Assembly: GCA_963809885.1 (NCBI GenBank)
Contig: CAWELA010000003.1
Coordinates: 130,625 to 194,624, forward strand
Reading direction: 5' to 3'
DNA from: an uncultured Acidimicrobiia bacterium
GTDB taxonomy: Bacteria > Actinomycetota > Acidimicrobiia > IMCC26256 > PALSA-555
Length of the DNA stretch: 64,000 nucleotides
The position numbers were made by a program, and so were the translations under genes. Numbering within the stretch: the first letter of the stretch is position 1; the number at the start of each line of letters is the position of its first letter. Of this stretch, positions 10,117 through 19,814 are shown one piece after another. The notes beneath the pieces were generated by a model. The model searched no databases and was not told the DNA's origin. It saw nothing but the letters and a program-made list of their open reading frames with translations.

Positions 10117-12304
10117 ATGCTTCGCCAGCTCGCCGCGTTCTGCTTTCGCCGTCGCAAGCTCGTCGTCGCCATGTGGGTCGTCGGAGTGATCGGTCTCACC
10201 GTGGTCGCCAGCCAACGTCGGCGACGGCTTCAGCCAGGCCTTCTCGGTGAAGGGCACCGAGTCCAGTCGCGCCCAGGAGCTGCTCGCGCGCACGTTCCGG
10301 CGCAGGCGGGTGACAGCGGCCAGCTCGTGGTGCAGGCGCCTGCAGGCGTCGACGACCCGGCCGTGCGCCAGGCGTTCGACGACAAGCTCGCCGCGATCGA
10401 GCGCGTGCCCCACGTCACCGGCACTACGAGCCCCTATTCCCCCGAAGGCGCCCGGCAGGTGTCCGCGAACGGGAACATCGCCTACGCCGAGATCCAGTTC
10501 GACCAGCGCGCGGGCGAGGTCTCCGAAGCGACCGCGGAGAAGATCATCGACCTCGCGGGGGTCGGGACGCAGGCCGACGGCACACAGTTCGAGGTCGGCG
10601 GCCGCATGTTCCAGATCGGCAGCTTCCGGGGGTCGTCCGAGCTGATCGGGCTGCTCGCCGCGGTGATCATCCTGCTCATCGCGTTCGGGTCGGTGCTCGC
10701 GATGGGTCTCCCGATCTTCACCGCGATCCTCGGGATCGGTGGTGGGTTCGCGATCGTCGGGCTCCTGTCCAACGTGATGGTGATGCCGACGTTCACGACG
10801 CAGCTCGCCGCGATGATCGGGCTCGGCGTCGGGATCGACTACGCCTTGTTCATCGTCACGCGGTTCCGCCAAGGGCCTCCATGACGGGCTCGACACCGAG
10901 CGCTCTGTCGTCCTGGCCATCGACACCGCGGGACGAGCGGTCCTGTTCGCCGGCGCGACGGTGGTGATCTCGCTGTGCGGTCTCTTCCTCATGGGCGTCG
11001 ACTTCATCCGCGGGCTGGGGGCTGGAGGCGCGGTCCACGGTGCTGGTGATGATGGTCGCGTCGGTGACGTTCGTCCCCGCGCTGCTCGGGTTCGCCGGCA
11101 AGAACATCGACAAGCTCAGCATCCCGTTCCTGCACCGCAAGGAGAGCGCGACCCGCGAGAGCATCTGGTTCCGATGGAGCCGCGTCGTGCAGCATCGACC
11201 GTGGACGGCCGTGCTCGCCGGGCTCGCAGTGCTGGTGCTCCTCGCGGTCCCGTTCCTGTCGCTCCGACTCGGCTTCTCCGATGCCGGGAACAACCCGACG
11301 ACCGAGACCACGCGTCGCGCGTACGACCTCCTCGCTGAGGGCTTCGGACCGGGCTTCAACGGGCCGCTCGTCCTGGCCGCGCGCACTCCGGACGGGGTGG
11401 AATCGCTGCGGCGACCTCTCGGCGCGGCTCGCAACGACGCCGGGCGTCGCCCAGGTCAGCCCGGCGATCGCGAGCGAGGACGGCCGGACCGCCGTGATCC
11501 AGGTGATCCCGACGACTTCGCCTCAGAGCGAGTCCACCGTCGAGCTCATCGACCGGCTCCGCAGCGAGGTCATCCCGCTCCGCGCTGCGCGGCACTGCCG
11601 CAACGGTCGAGATCGGTGGCATCACCGCGTCGGGCGTCGGACGTCTCGGACACGCTGGCCTCCCGGCTGCCGCTCTTCATCGGCGCCGTGCTCGCCTTCA
11701 GCTTCATCCTGCTGCTCGTCGTGTTCCGTTCGGTGCTGGTGCCCGATCAAGGCCGTGGTGATGAACCTGCTGTCGATCGGCGCCGCATACGGTGTGATCG
11801 TCGCCGTCTTCCAGTGGGGCTGGTTCGGCGGGCTGTTGGGCATCAAGGGGACCGGGCCCATCGAGCCGTTCGTCCCGATGATGCTGTTCGCGATCGTGTT
11901 CGGGCTCTCGATGGACTACGAGGTCTTCCTGCTGTCGCGCGTTCGGGAGGAGTACGACCGAACCGGTGACAACGGCCTCGCCGTCGCCGACGGCCTGGCC
12001 GCGACCGCTCGCGTGATCACCGCGGCGGCGGCGATCATGGTGTGCGTCTTCGGAAGCTTCGTGCTGGGCGACATCCGGGTGATCAAGCTCTTCGGGATCG
12101 GTCTCGCGTCGGCGATCTTCATCGACGCGACGCTCGTCCGCATCGTGCTCGTGCCCGCGACCATGGAGCTGCTCGGAGACCGCAACTGGTGGTTCCCGAG
12201 GTGGCTCGAGTGGATCCCGGAGGTGCACGTCGAGGCGTTCCCCGACCTCGAAGAGGAGCTGCGCGAGCTCGAGCAGGCAGCACGCGCCGGTCGCGGTCGA
12301 CTGA
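10117..12304 (+). pseudogene. MMPL family (RND-type) membrane transporter, at least eight frame disruptions
   Basis: ATG 10117: MLRQLAAFCFRRRKLVVAMWVVGVIGLTVVA. MMPL blocks follow in alternating frames: GSVLAMGLPIFTAILGIGGGFAIVGLL...GVGIDYALFIVTRFRQ | GLHDGLDTERSVVLAIDTAGRAVLFAGATVVISLCGLFLMGVDFIRGLG | VLVMMVASVTFVPALLGFAGKNIDKL...RLGFSDAGN | ...IKAVVMNLLSIGAAYGVIVAVFQWGW...FGLSMDYEVFLLSRVREEY...IDATLVRIVLVPATMELLGDRNWWFPRWL. Shifts lie near 10207, 10297, 10872, 11022, 11405, 11578, 11637 and 11743. The 3' end is tentatively TGA 12302-12304, because the last good frame has no stop before 13182. Confidence 0.8.
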
Positions 12305-12323
12305 GGATCCCACGGCGTCGCGG

Positions 12324-13782
12324 TCAGCCCCGGGTGCAGCGCTCCTGCACCTCGGTCACGCAGGATCTTCCCCACCTCGTTGCGCGGGAGGGCGTCGACG
12401 AACACGAACCGCGCCGGGACCTTGTACGGCGCGAGGTGGGCGCGGCACGCGGCGTCGAGCTCCTCGGGGGAGGCGTCGCCCACCACCGCGGCGACCGGCA
12501 GCTCGCCGAGCCGCTCGTCCGGGACACCGACCACGGCGACGTCGCGCACCCCGGGCACCGAGCGCAGCACCTCTTCGACTTCGGCCGGGAAGACCTTCAG
12601 TCCGCCACGGTTCACCATGTCCGACGCGCGTCCCTCGATCCAGAGGAAGCCGTCGTCGTCGATCCGCCCGAGATCACCGGTGCGCAGCCAGCCATCCTCG
12701 GTGGCGCGGTCGCCGAGCGCCGCCGGCGGAGCGGTCCGCGACGCCGGGGTGCGCACCCACAGCTCACCCGTCTCGTCGATGCGGAGCTCGACGCCGGCGT
12801 GCGGTCGTCCGACCGCGCCGAGCTTCGTGCTGCCGAACTCGCGCCAGTCGGCGGCGCTCCAGCCGACGACCTCGCCACCGAGCTCGGTCTGGCCGTAGCA
12901 GTTGAGGACCGCGACACCGAAGCGGTCGTGGAAGCGGCGCGCGAGGTACGGCGAGAGCGGGGCGGTGATGCTCCGGACGTAGCGCAGCGGCGCGAGCGAC
13001 GCGAGGCCGGGGTCGTCGCAGCACATCGCCATCGCGGCCGGGGGCAGCACGACCGAACGGATCCGGTGCTCGGCGACGAGCCGCGCGAGCTCGTTCGGCT
13101 CGAAGCGCTCCATCAGCACGACCGGCGCACCGACTCGGAACGCGAAGAGGACGTTGTAGATCCCGGCCCAGAGCGAGAGTGAGACCGGGACGAGGTTGGG
13201 CATCGCCGGCGCGTCGCGTGCTGAGTCGCCGCGGGTGCGGACCGTGCCGAGCACCCCGTCGAGCAGCGCGAGCACCTGGGAGTGGCGGAGCGGGACGGGT
13301 GTCGGCGGGCCCGGTGGTCCCCGAGGTCGTCTGCACCAGCGCGACGTCAGGCGTCGAAGTGCTTGCGCGGCTCGGCCGGTCCGGCCCGCCCGACGCAGAC
13401 GTCCGGGCGGTCGAGCGCGACGAAGGCATGGCTCGGGAAAGCGAGCGCGCTCGGACTCGGTCGTGACGACCGCGGCCGGGGGGACGGCCTGGGTCAACCG
13501 ACCGACCTCGGGATCGGTGAGCCGCGGGTTCACGGGGACGTAGACGCCACCGGCGGCCCAGACCCCGAACAGCGTGGCGATCGTCTCCGGGCCGTTTCCG
13601 AGCATCACGGCGACCGGCGCGCCCTGGGTCACGCCGGCGGCGAGGAGCCCGTCGCGCACCGAGCGCGGCGTCGGCGACGAGCGTGGCCCCGCATGACCCG
13701 CCGCTCGCCCGCGTGGACGAGGACGTCAGTGGGCGCCCCGCTCGGCGCTCGGCGCGAGCAGCAGCTCGGCGAGCGACGTCAC
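12324..13782 (-). pseudogene. acyl-CoA synthetase / AMP-dependent ligase (FadD-like), about seven frame disruptions
   Basis: GTG 13782: VTSLAELLLAPSAERG | APTDVLVHAGERR | SCGATLVADAAL | VRDGLLAAGVTQGAPVAVMLGNGPETIATLFGVWAAGGVYVPVNPRL...TTESERARFP | SHAFVALDRPDVCVGRAGPAEPRKHFDA | PDVALVQTTSGTTGP (AMP-binding motif) | PVPLRHSQVLALL...LNCYGQTELGGEV...GWLRTGDLGRIDDDGFLWIEGRASDMVNRGGLKVFPAEVE...YKVPARFVFVDALPRNEVGKILR | ...EVQERCTRG, then stop at 12324. Shifts lie near 13738, 13698, 13661, 13445, 13345, 13300 and 12365. Confidence 0.8.
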
Positions 13783-14613
13783 TCCGCTCCCGGCGCGCTT
13801 CGCCGTGGGCGGACCGCTCGAGCGGCGCCCACTCGGCCTCGCGCTTCTCGGCGAAGGCGCGTGGTCCTTCTTCCTGGTCGGGGTGGCCCCACATGGAGAC
13901 GAGCTCGCCGGCGCCGGCGCGGCACGCGTCGGTGAGGCCGGTCTCGAGGGCGCCCCAGAGGGCGCGCTTGGTGGCGGCCATGGCGGCGGGGGAGTTGCGC
14001 GCGATCTTCTCCGCGAGCGCCTGCGCCTCCTCGCGGAGCCGCTCGGGCGGGTCGACGATCTGGCTGATCATGCCGAGCTCGTACGCGCGCTGCGGCGCCC
14101 ATCCGCTCGTGGCGGCCGACGAACGCCATGCGCATGACCGCCTCGGCCGGCATCTTGCGGATGAGCCCGATCGCCTCGATCGACACGACTTGGCCGATCG
14201 AGACGTGCGGGTCGAAGAACTGCGCGTCCGATGCCGCGATCGACGATGTCGGCATCGGCGACCCAGTGGAAGCCGCCGCCGCAGCAGATCCCGTTGACCG
14301 CGGTGATGACCGGCTTCCAGACCTGCTGGTGCCACGACGTGAAGTGGAGGTCCCAGCGCTCGACCGAATCCCGGTAGCGCTGCATGCCGACGCCGTCCGA
14401 CGCGATCTCGGCGACGTCGACGCCGGTCTGGAACGCCCGACCCTCGCCGGTGTGCACGATCACCCTGACCGCGGGGTCGCGGTCGAGCTCGAGCCACGCG
14501 TCGGCGAACTCGTCGCGCATCTTCGCGTTCATCGCGTTGAGCGCGTCGGGCCGGTTGTTGATCAGCCAGCCGACCGGGCCGTGTCGTTCGACGATCAAGT
14601 GCTCGTAGCTCAC
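13779..14613 (-). pseudogene. enoyl-CoA hydratase/isomerase (crotonase) family, paralogue 1, two to three frame disruptions
   Basis: GTG 14613 forms a GTGA overlap with the upstream stop: MSYEHLIVERHGPVGWLINNRPDALNAMN...VIVHTGEGRAFQTGVDV...KPVITAVNGICCGGGFHWVADADIV | IAASDAQFFDPHVSIGQVVSIEAIGLIRKMPAEAVMRMAFVGRHERMGA | AQRAYELGMISQIVDPPERLREEAQALAEKIARNSPAAMAATKRALW...GPRAFAEKREAEW. Shifts lie near 14242 and 14093. The 3' end is assigned to TGA 13779-13781 (GTGA with the next gene), which needs one further shift near 13800. Confidence 0.75.
13837..14060 (-). repeat. copy A of a ~224-bp near-identical segment shared by the two tandem enoyl-CoA hydratase paralogues
   Basis: Aligns with 14669-14893 at about 94% identity by hand count (about 12 mismatches and one indel). 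It encodes LREEAQxLAEKIARNSPAAMAATKRALWGALETGLTDACRAGAGxLVSMWGHPDQEEGPRAFAEKREA. Confidence 0.8.
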
Positions 14614-15465
14614 GACGCTCCTTCATCGAGCAGGCCGCCCTCGTGCGGGTCGATGGTCGCCCATGCTGCCTCGCGCTTCTCGGCGAAGGCGCGTGGTCCT
14701 TCTTCCTGGTCGGGGTGGCCCCACATGGACACGAGCTGACCGGCACCGGCGCGGCACGCGTCGGTGAGGCCGGTCTCGAGGGCGCCCCAGAGTGCGCGCT
14801 TGGTGGCAGCCATCGCGGCGGGGGAGTTGCGCGCGATCTTCTCCGCGAGCGTCTGGGCTTCCTCGCGCAGGCCGCTCGGGTGGGTCGACGACCTCGCTGA
14901 GGATGCCGAGCTGATGCGCGCGGGCTGCGTCGAGGCGCTCGTGGCGCCCGACGAGCGCCATGCGCAGCACCGGCTCCATCGGCGACTTCCGCGCCAGGGC
15001 GATGCCTTCGTACGCCACCACCTGCCCGAGCGAAACATGAGGATCGACGAACGTCGCGTCGGATGCGGCGATGACGATGTCCGCGTCGGCGACGAAGTGC
15101 AGTCCGCCACCGGCACAGGTGCCGTTGACCGCGGCGATGACCGGCTTCCAGACCCCGCAGTGCCAGGCAGTGAAGCGCAGCTCGGCGTCGCGGGTGCGTC
15201 GCGAGTGGGCGCGCAGCGCCTCCTTGTCGTGGGCGAGCTGGACGACGTCGACACCGGTCTGGAACGCCCGACCCTCGCCCGTGTTGACGATCACGCGGAC
15301 GTCGGGATCGTCGGCGAGCTCGCCCCAGGCGCGCTCGAGCTCGTCGAACATGGTTGCATCCATCGCGTTCCCGGCGTCGGCGCGGTCGAAGATCAACCAG
15401 CCGACCGGCCCCCGCCGCTCGACCAGGAGGCGCGTGTACGGCGTTCGGGCCGAAGTGTCGATCAC
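14610..15465 (-). pseudogene. enoyl-CoA hydratase/isomerase (crotonase) family, paralogue 2, one frame disruption
   Basis: GTG 15465 forms a GTGA overlap: VIDTSARTPYTRLLVERRGPVGWLIFDRADAGNAMD...VIVNTGEGRAFQTGVDV...KPVIAAVNGTCAGGGLHFVADADIVIAASDATFVDPHVSLGQVVAYEGIALARK...HQLGILSEVVD. An extra C lies near 14875. It continues LREEAQTLAEKIARNSPAAMAATKRALW...GPRAFAEKREAAWATIDPHEGGLLDEGAS (ORF 14610..15254). Confidence 0.8.
14669..14893 (-). repeat. copy B of the ~224-bp near-identical segment
   Basis: See copy A. The offset is 832 bp. The remaining parts of the two genes are much more diverged (about 60% at protein level by eye). Confidence 0.8.
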
Positions 15466-16750
15466 GATCGCGGCACCTCCATCCACGCGGCGTCCCGCCA
15501 CGGATCCGGCTCGCGGGGAAGCCCGAGCACACGCTCGCCCACGATGTTCTTGTTGACCTCGCTCGTTCCACCCTCGATCGTGTTGGCGCGGCTCCGCAAC
15601 ATGCCGTGGACCTCGCGCGGCAGCGACGCGTCGTACGCTCCGGCGCGCCCGTCGGAGCCGTCGACCGCCCACGCCATCGCGTCGGTGCCCAGCAGATCGC
15701 TCGTGAGGAGCTGCAACCGCTGGTTCAGATCGCCGGAGTGGACCTTGCCGACACTGCTCTCCGCGCCCGGTGCGCGTCCCGCCGAGAGCCCGGCACGCAC
15801 CCGTTGGTTGGTGATGGCTCGGATGCGCTCCTCGACGTAGAGGCGAGCGAGCTGCTGACGTACGACCTCCTCCACGGGCCGGCCGCGCGCTCGGGCGAGC
15901 TCGATCGCGTGCTCGATCCCCGAGCCGCCGATGCGGTCGACGCCACCCGACCCGGCACCCGCGACCATCTGGCGCTCTGACGACAGCGTCGCGTTGGCGA
16001 CGCGCCAGCCGTCGTCGACGTCTCCGATGCGCTGGACGTCCGGCACGACCGCTTCGTTCGAGGAACACCTCGTTGAAGTCGATCTCCCCGGTGATGTGAC
16101 GGAGCGGGCGAACCTCGACCCCCGGCTGGTGGAGGTGGAGCAGGAAGTAGGTGATGCCCTTGCGCTTGGGAACGTGGGGGTTGGTGCGGGCGAGGAGCAC
16201 GGCCCAGTCGGAGCGGTGCGCCCACGTCGTCCAGACCTTCTGACCGGTGATGATCCAGTCGTCGCCGTCGCGGGTCGCGCGGGTGGCGAGCGACGCGAGG
16301 TCCGAACCCGCGCCCGGCTCGCTGAAGAGCTGGCACCACCGTTCCTCGTTCGTCACGATCGGCGGGAGGAAGCGCCGTCGCTGCTCCTCGGTGCCGTGGG
16401 CGTACAAGGCCGGTGCACACAGGTTGAGTCCCGAGCGGGTTCAGACGGCCGAGGTTGAACGGCGCGAGCTCACGCTCGAGGAGCCGCGCGGTGGCGGCGT
16501 CGACCCCGAGTCCGCCGTACTCCGCTGGCCATGTGGCGACTGCGAGGCCCGACCGACCGAAGCGCGGGTACCACGCTTCGTACTCGTCGCGCGATCGCAC
16601 CGCCCGGATCTCGGCAGCACCGCCCCGTTCGGCCGCGGCGCGCCAGCTCGACGGGATCTCGGCCTCGATCCACGCCCGGACCGCCGCCACCGCGTCGTCG
16701 GCCGACGTCGTGGCGTCGACGGCGAGTCGTGCGTCCGTCGCCCGGCTCAT
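15462..16750 (-). pseudogene. acyl-CoA dehydrogenase, two frame disruptions
   Basis: ATG 16750 forms an ATGA overlap: MSRATDARLAVDATTSADDAVAAVRAWIEAE...YPRFGRSGLAVATWPAEYGGLGVDAATARLLERELAPFNLGRLNPLG | LNLCAPALYAHGTEEQRRRFLPPIVTNEERWCQLFSEPGAGSDLASLATRATRDGDDWIITGQKVWTTWAH...GEIDFNEVFL | NEAVVPDVQRIGDVDDGWRVANATL...RANTIEGGTSEVNKNIVGERVLGLPREP. Shifts lie near 16427 and 16062. Confidence 0.85.
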
Positions 16751-17587
16751 CGACCCTCGAAGCCCGGTTCCCGCTTCTCCCGCAGGGCGGTCATGCCCTC
16801 GCGGAAGTCGCGGCTCCGCGACGACAGCTCCAGGGCCAACGCCTCGTTGGCGAGATGTCGTTCCAGGTCGAGGCCCGCGCCCTGGTGCAGGAGCCACTTC
16901 GTGAGGCCGAGAGCGACGGTGGGTCCGGCTGCGAGTCGCGCGACGAGTCCCTCCGCCTCGGCCGACACGGCCGTGGCGTCGACCGCCGCGTGCACCAGCC
17001 CCCAGGTGGCGGCATCCGCGCCCGACAGCTCGGTGCCGAGCAGCAGGAGATCCTTGGCGCGCGCCATGCCGATGAGCCGGGGGAGCAGCCAGGTACCCCC
17101 GCTGTCGGGCGTGAAGCCGCGCGCCGGTGAACGGCTCCCACAAGCGGGCGTCTCGCGCGACGACGCAGAAGTCCGCGGCGAGCGCGAGGTGCAGGCCGAG
17201 GCCCGCCGCCCAACCGCGCACCGCGCACACGACCGGGACCTGGGTGCTGAGCAGCAGCGGCACCAGACGGTGCGCCTGCGCCGGGAGGCGTCGCTGGATG
17301 CTGCCCACGCGCGGCTTGCTCTCTCCCGATCCGTCGTCAGGTGTCCCCGCGTTACGGGCGACGAGGTCGAAGCCGGAGCAGAAGTCGTCGCCGGTGGAAT
17401 CGACGAGGATCGCCCGGACGCTCTCGTCCCGGTTGGCGCGCTCGAGGTGTCGATTGAACGCCTCCACGGCCGCGTCGTCGAGGGCGTTGCGCTTGTCGGG
17501 CCGGTCGAGCGTGATCCGCAGGACCCCGTCAGCCATCCGGGCGTCCAGGCCGTCGATCGGTGGGTACGCGATCGGTGCTTCGGCCAC
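16747..17587 (-). pseudogene. enoyl-CoA hydratase/isomerase (crotonase) family, paralogue 3, one frame disruption
   Basis: GTG 17587 (alternative start ATG 17536): ...MADGVLRITLDRPDKRNALDDAAVEAFNRHLERANRDESVRAILVDSTGDDFCSGFDL...VVCAVRGWAAGLGLHLALAADFCVVARDARLWEPFT. A shift lies near 17127. It continues ARGFTPDSGGTWLLPRLIGMARAKDLLLLGTELSGADAATWGLVHAAV...REGMTALREKREPGFEGR (ORF 16747..17067). Confidence 0.8.
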
Positions 17588-17592
17588 CGTCT

Positions 17593-18848
17593 TCAGCCTT
17601 CCTGCGCGTAGCGCTCGGCGATGGCGTCGAGCGCTCCCTGGAGGTCGGATGCATCGCCCGGCGGGTCCGGCAGTCGGACTGCACCACGCTCCCGGCTCGG
17701 CAGCAGCACGGTCGCGTGGCCCGGAGTGGTGATGTCGCCGCGCTGGTTCTCACCCCAGATGTCGAGATCGACGGCGGGTCGGTCGCCCTCGGCGAGGTAC
17801 TTGCGGACCACACGCCCGTGCATCCAGTGCGCGTCGCCCACGTAGTTGAACTTGCGGAACTCGCAGTCGAGTCGCCAGAGCCACGCGTCGTCGCCCATCC
17901 AGTCGGTGCAGAGGTGGATGAGCCAGGTCTCGCGCATCCTGCCGTAGTCGAACGTCGTGGGATTGCCCGCTCTTGCGCGCATAGGCGGGATCCCAGTGGA
18001 CGCGCTGGAGCACGTCGGGGATCCCGAGCTCGTCGCGGTGGTAGAAGCGCGGGATGCGCATCCGATTGCGCCAGGCGAGCCGCAGGGGGCGCACGTGGTA
18101 CATCCCCATCCCCATACCGGTGTGCCAGCAGACCATATCGGTGACCGTCAGGGGACCCTTGACGATCGGCGTGAGATCGTCGCCTTCGTCGACGTCCTCC
18201 CACCAACGGGGTTCGCTGCCGCGCGGCACCTCGCGTGCGTACTGGGCGTCGATCTCGGCGAGCTCGGACTCGGACCACTGCTGCGGGTTCGAGCGCGACC
18301 TCCTTCTTGCGCTCGCGCGCTTTCGCGCGCTCGGTCCGCACCATGTCGCGCAGCTGCGCCGAGAGGAGCGGCCCGCCATCCACCCGGAAGACGTGCGCGG
18401 TCCACTCGTGTATGGCGCGGCCGGCGAACTCCGATGCCTTGTCCTGGGCGCCGACGAGTGCGTTCCGTCTCCAGACTCGGGTACCCGGTGTGAGTGGCGC
18501 CCACCACTCCCGACCGCTCGCCGCGTAGAAGGCGTGGACGCCGCGCAGAGGGTCGCCCTTCATGAGGTCACGGTGCTCGGCCGCGACCTCGACGACCTCA
18601 TCCTCGCCGATGAGCGAGTCGCCGCCCACCAGCGGCGGTGGGGCGATCGAGCCCTCCCATCGCGTCGTTGCCGCGTAGTCCGGATCGCACCAGAGCGGGT
18701 TGTCGTCGCCGTAGCACTCCGCGACGTGGCGGAACGCGTCCGTGTCGACCCGTAGGAACCGGGGAGGCGCGGTGTGCGGCTCGGGGATGCCGACCCGGGC
18801 CCGCAGGCGCGCCAGCCCGTCATCGGTGATGGTCCCGGCGTCGCTCAT
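17593..18848 (-). pseudogene. double hot-dog (FAS1-like dehydratase N-domain + MaoC-like) acyl dehydratase, two frame disruptions
   Basis: ATG 18848: MSDAGTITDDGLARLRARVGIPEPHTAPPRFLRVDTDAFRHVAECYGDDNPLWCDPDYAATTRWEGSIAPPPLVGGDSLIG...RERKKEV | RSNPQQWSESELAEIDAQYAREVPRGSEPRWWEDVDEGDDLTPIVKGPLTVTDMVCWHTGMGMG...RVHWDPAYARK | AGNPTTFDYGRMRETWLIHLCTDWMGDDAWLWRLDCEFRKFNYVGDAHWMHGRVVRKY. Shifts lie near 18296 and 17972. Confidence 0.7.
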
Positions 18849-18915
18849 GGCTCCGGACGGTAGCCCCTCGAGGATTGCCGACGAGATGCCGGTGTCTCCG
18901 GGAGCGCGAGAACGC

Positions 18916-19802
18916 TCAGGCGGTCCGTTCGGCGCGGAGCGGGAGCAAGAAGGGGTACGGGCGACGCCGCACGTGGCGTTGCCACGCGCGGTCGATGCGA
19001 CGCACGCCGCTGGATCAGCCCCCACAAGCGAACGTCGTTCCGGTAGTGGCGACGGGCCGCCGCCGCCGACAGGTCGACGCCGAGCCGCTCGCGGGCGAGC
19101 TCGAGCGTGAGCGGGATCCAGTCGTCGAGGCCCTCCTTCGTGAGGTGGCCCGCGAGGTTGAGCACGATCGAGTGCGTCGAGTGATACGTCTGCACGACGC
19201 CGGGGATCACGAAGCGGCGAGCGAACCCTCGGAAGACCGCGGGGATCGACTCGAGGTAGGTGTCGCAGTCGAAGCGGTCGTGCCCTTCGGCGTCGCGGAG
19301 GAACGGCGTGCTGACGTCGAGGTACAGGAGCCCATCGCCGCCGAGTGCCCAGTTCGAGACCTGCGCGTCGATGCCGACCCGGTCGTCGACGGCATCGTGC
19401 GATGTGGTCGAGGACGCCCCCGATGAGAGCGCGGATCCGAGGCTCGGCGTCGTCGGTCGTAGCGGCATCGCGGAGCACCTGCGGGAGCAGCTGCGCGGTC
19501 GGGAGCACCGGTTGGATGCAGTACGCGACGATCCACCCGTCGTCGCGTGTGTTGTGCACGAGATCGGTTCGGATCACATCGACACCGCGGGCCGCGAGCG
19601 CGACGAGGTAGTCGTCGAACGCCAGCCGGTAGACGGCGAACCGTTCGGGAGTGAAGAGCGGGAGCCGTTTGCACGCGAAGGGGCCGTCGGCGTCGGGCCA
19701 GGCGACCACCGTGGTGATCTCGCCGTAGCCGAGCACGTGCAGGCCGCGCTCGTCGCCGTGCAGCAAGGCGCGCTCGACCGTCTGCTTCGAGCGCGACGAC
19801 AT
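18916..19802 (-). pseudogene. conserved hypothetical protein, possibly protein-kinase-like fold; two frame disruptions
   Basis: ATG 19802: MSSRSKQTVERALLHGDERGLHVLGYGEITTVVAWPDADGPFACKRLPLF...IGGVLDHI | HDAVDDRVGIDAQVSNWALGGDGLLYLDVSTPFLRDAEGH...YHSTHSIVLNLAGHLTKEGLDDW...RHYRNDVRLWGLIQR | RVRRIDRAWQRHVRRRPYPFLLPLRAERTA, then stop at 18916. Shifts lie near 19398 and 19010. The kinase-like reading (GxGxxT loop, conserved K, D..N, D) is only a motif-level impression. Confidence 0.4.
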
Positions 19803-19814
19803 CGATGGTCGTCG

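Noticed and set aside
12764-15571. 935-aa reverse-strand ORF spanning the acyl-CoA synthetase and two hydratase genes
   Set aside because: Only short stretches are genuine: the C-terminal third of hydratase 1 and the TSGTTG block of the synthetase. The rest is low-complexity Arg/Ala/Pro read-through of other frames, which is possible because stops are rare in 70% GC DNA.
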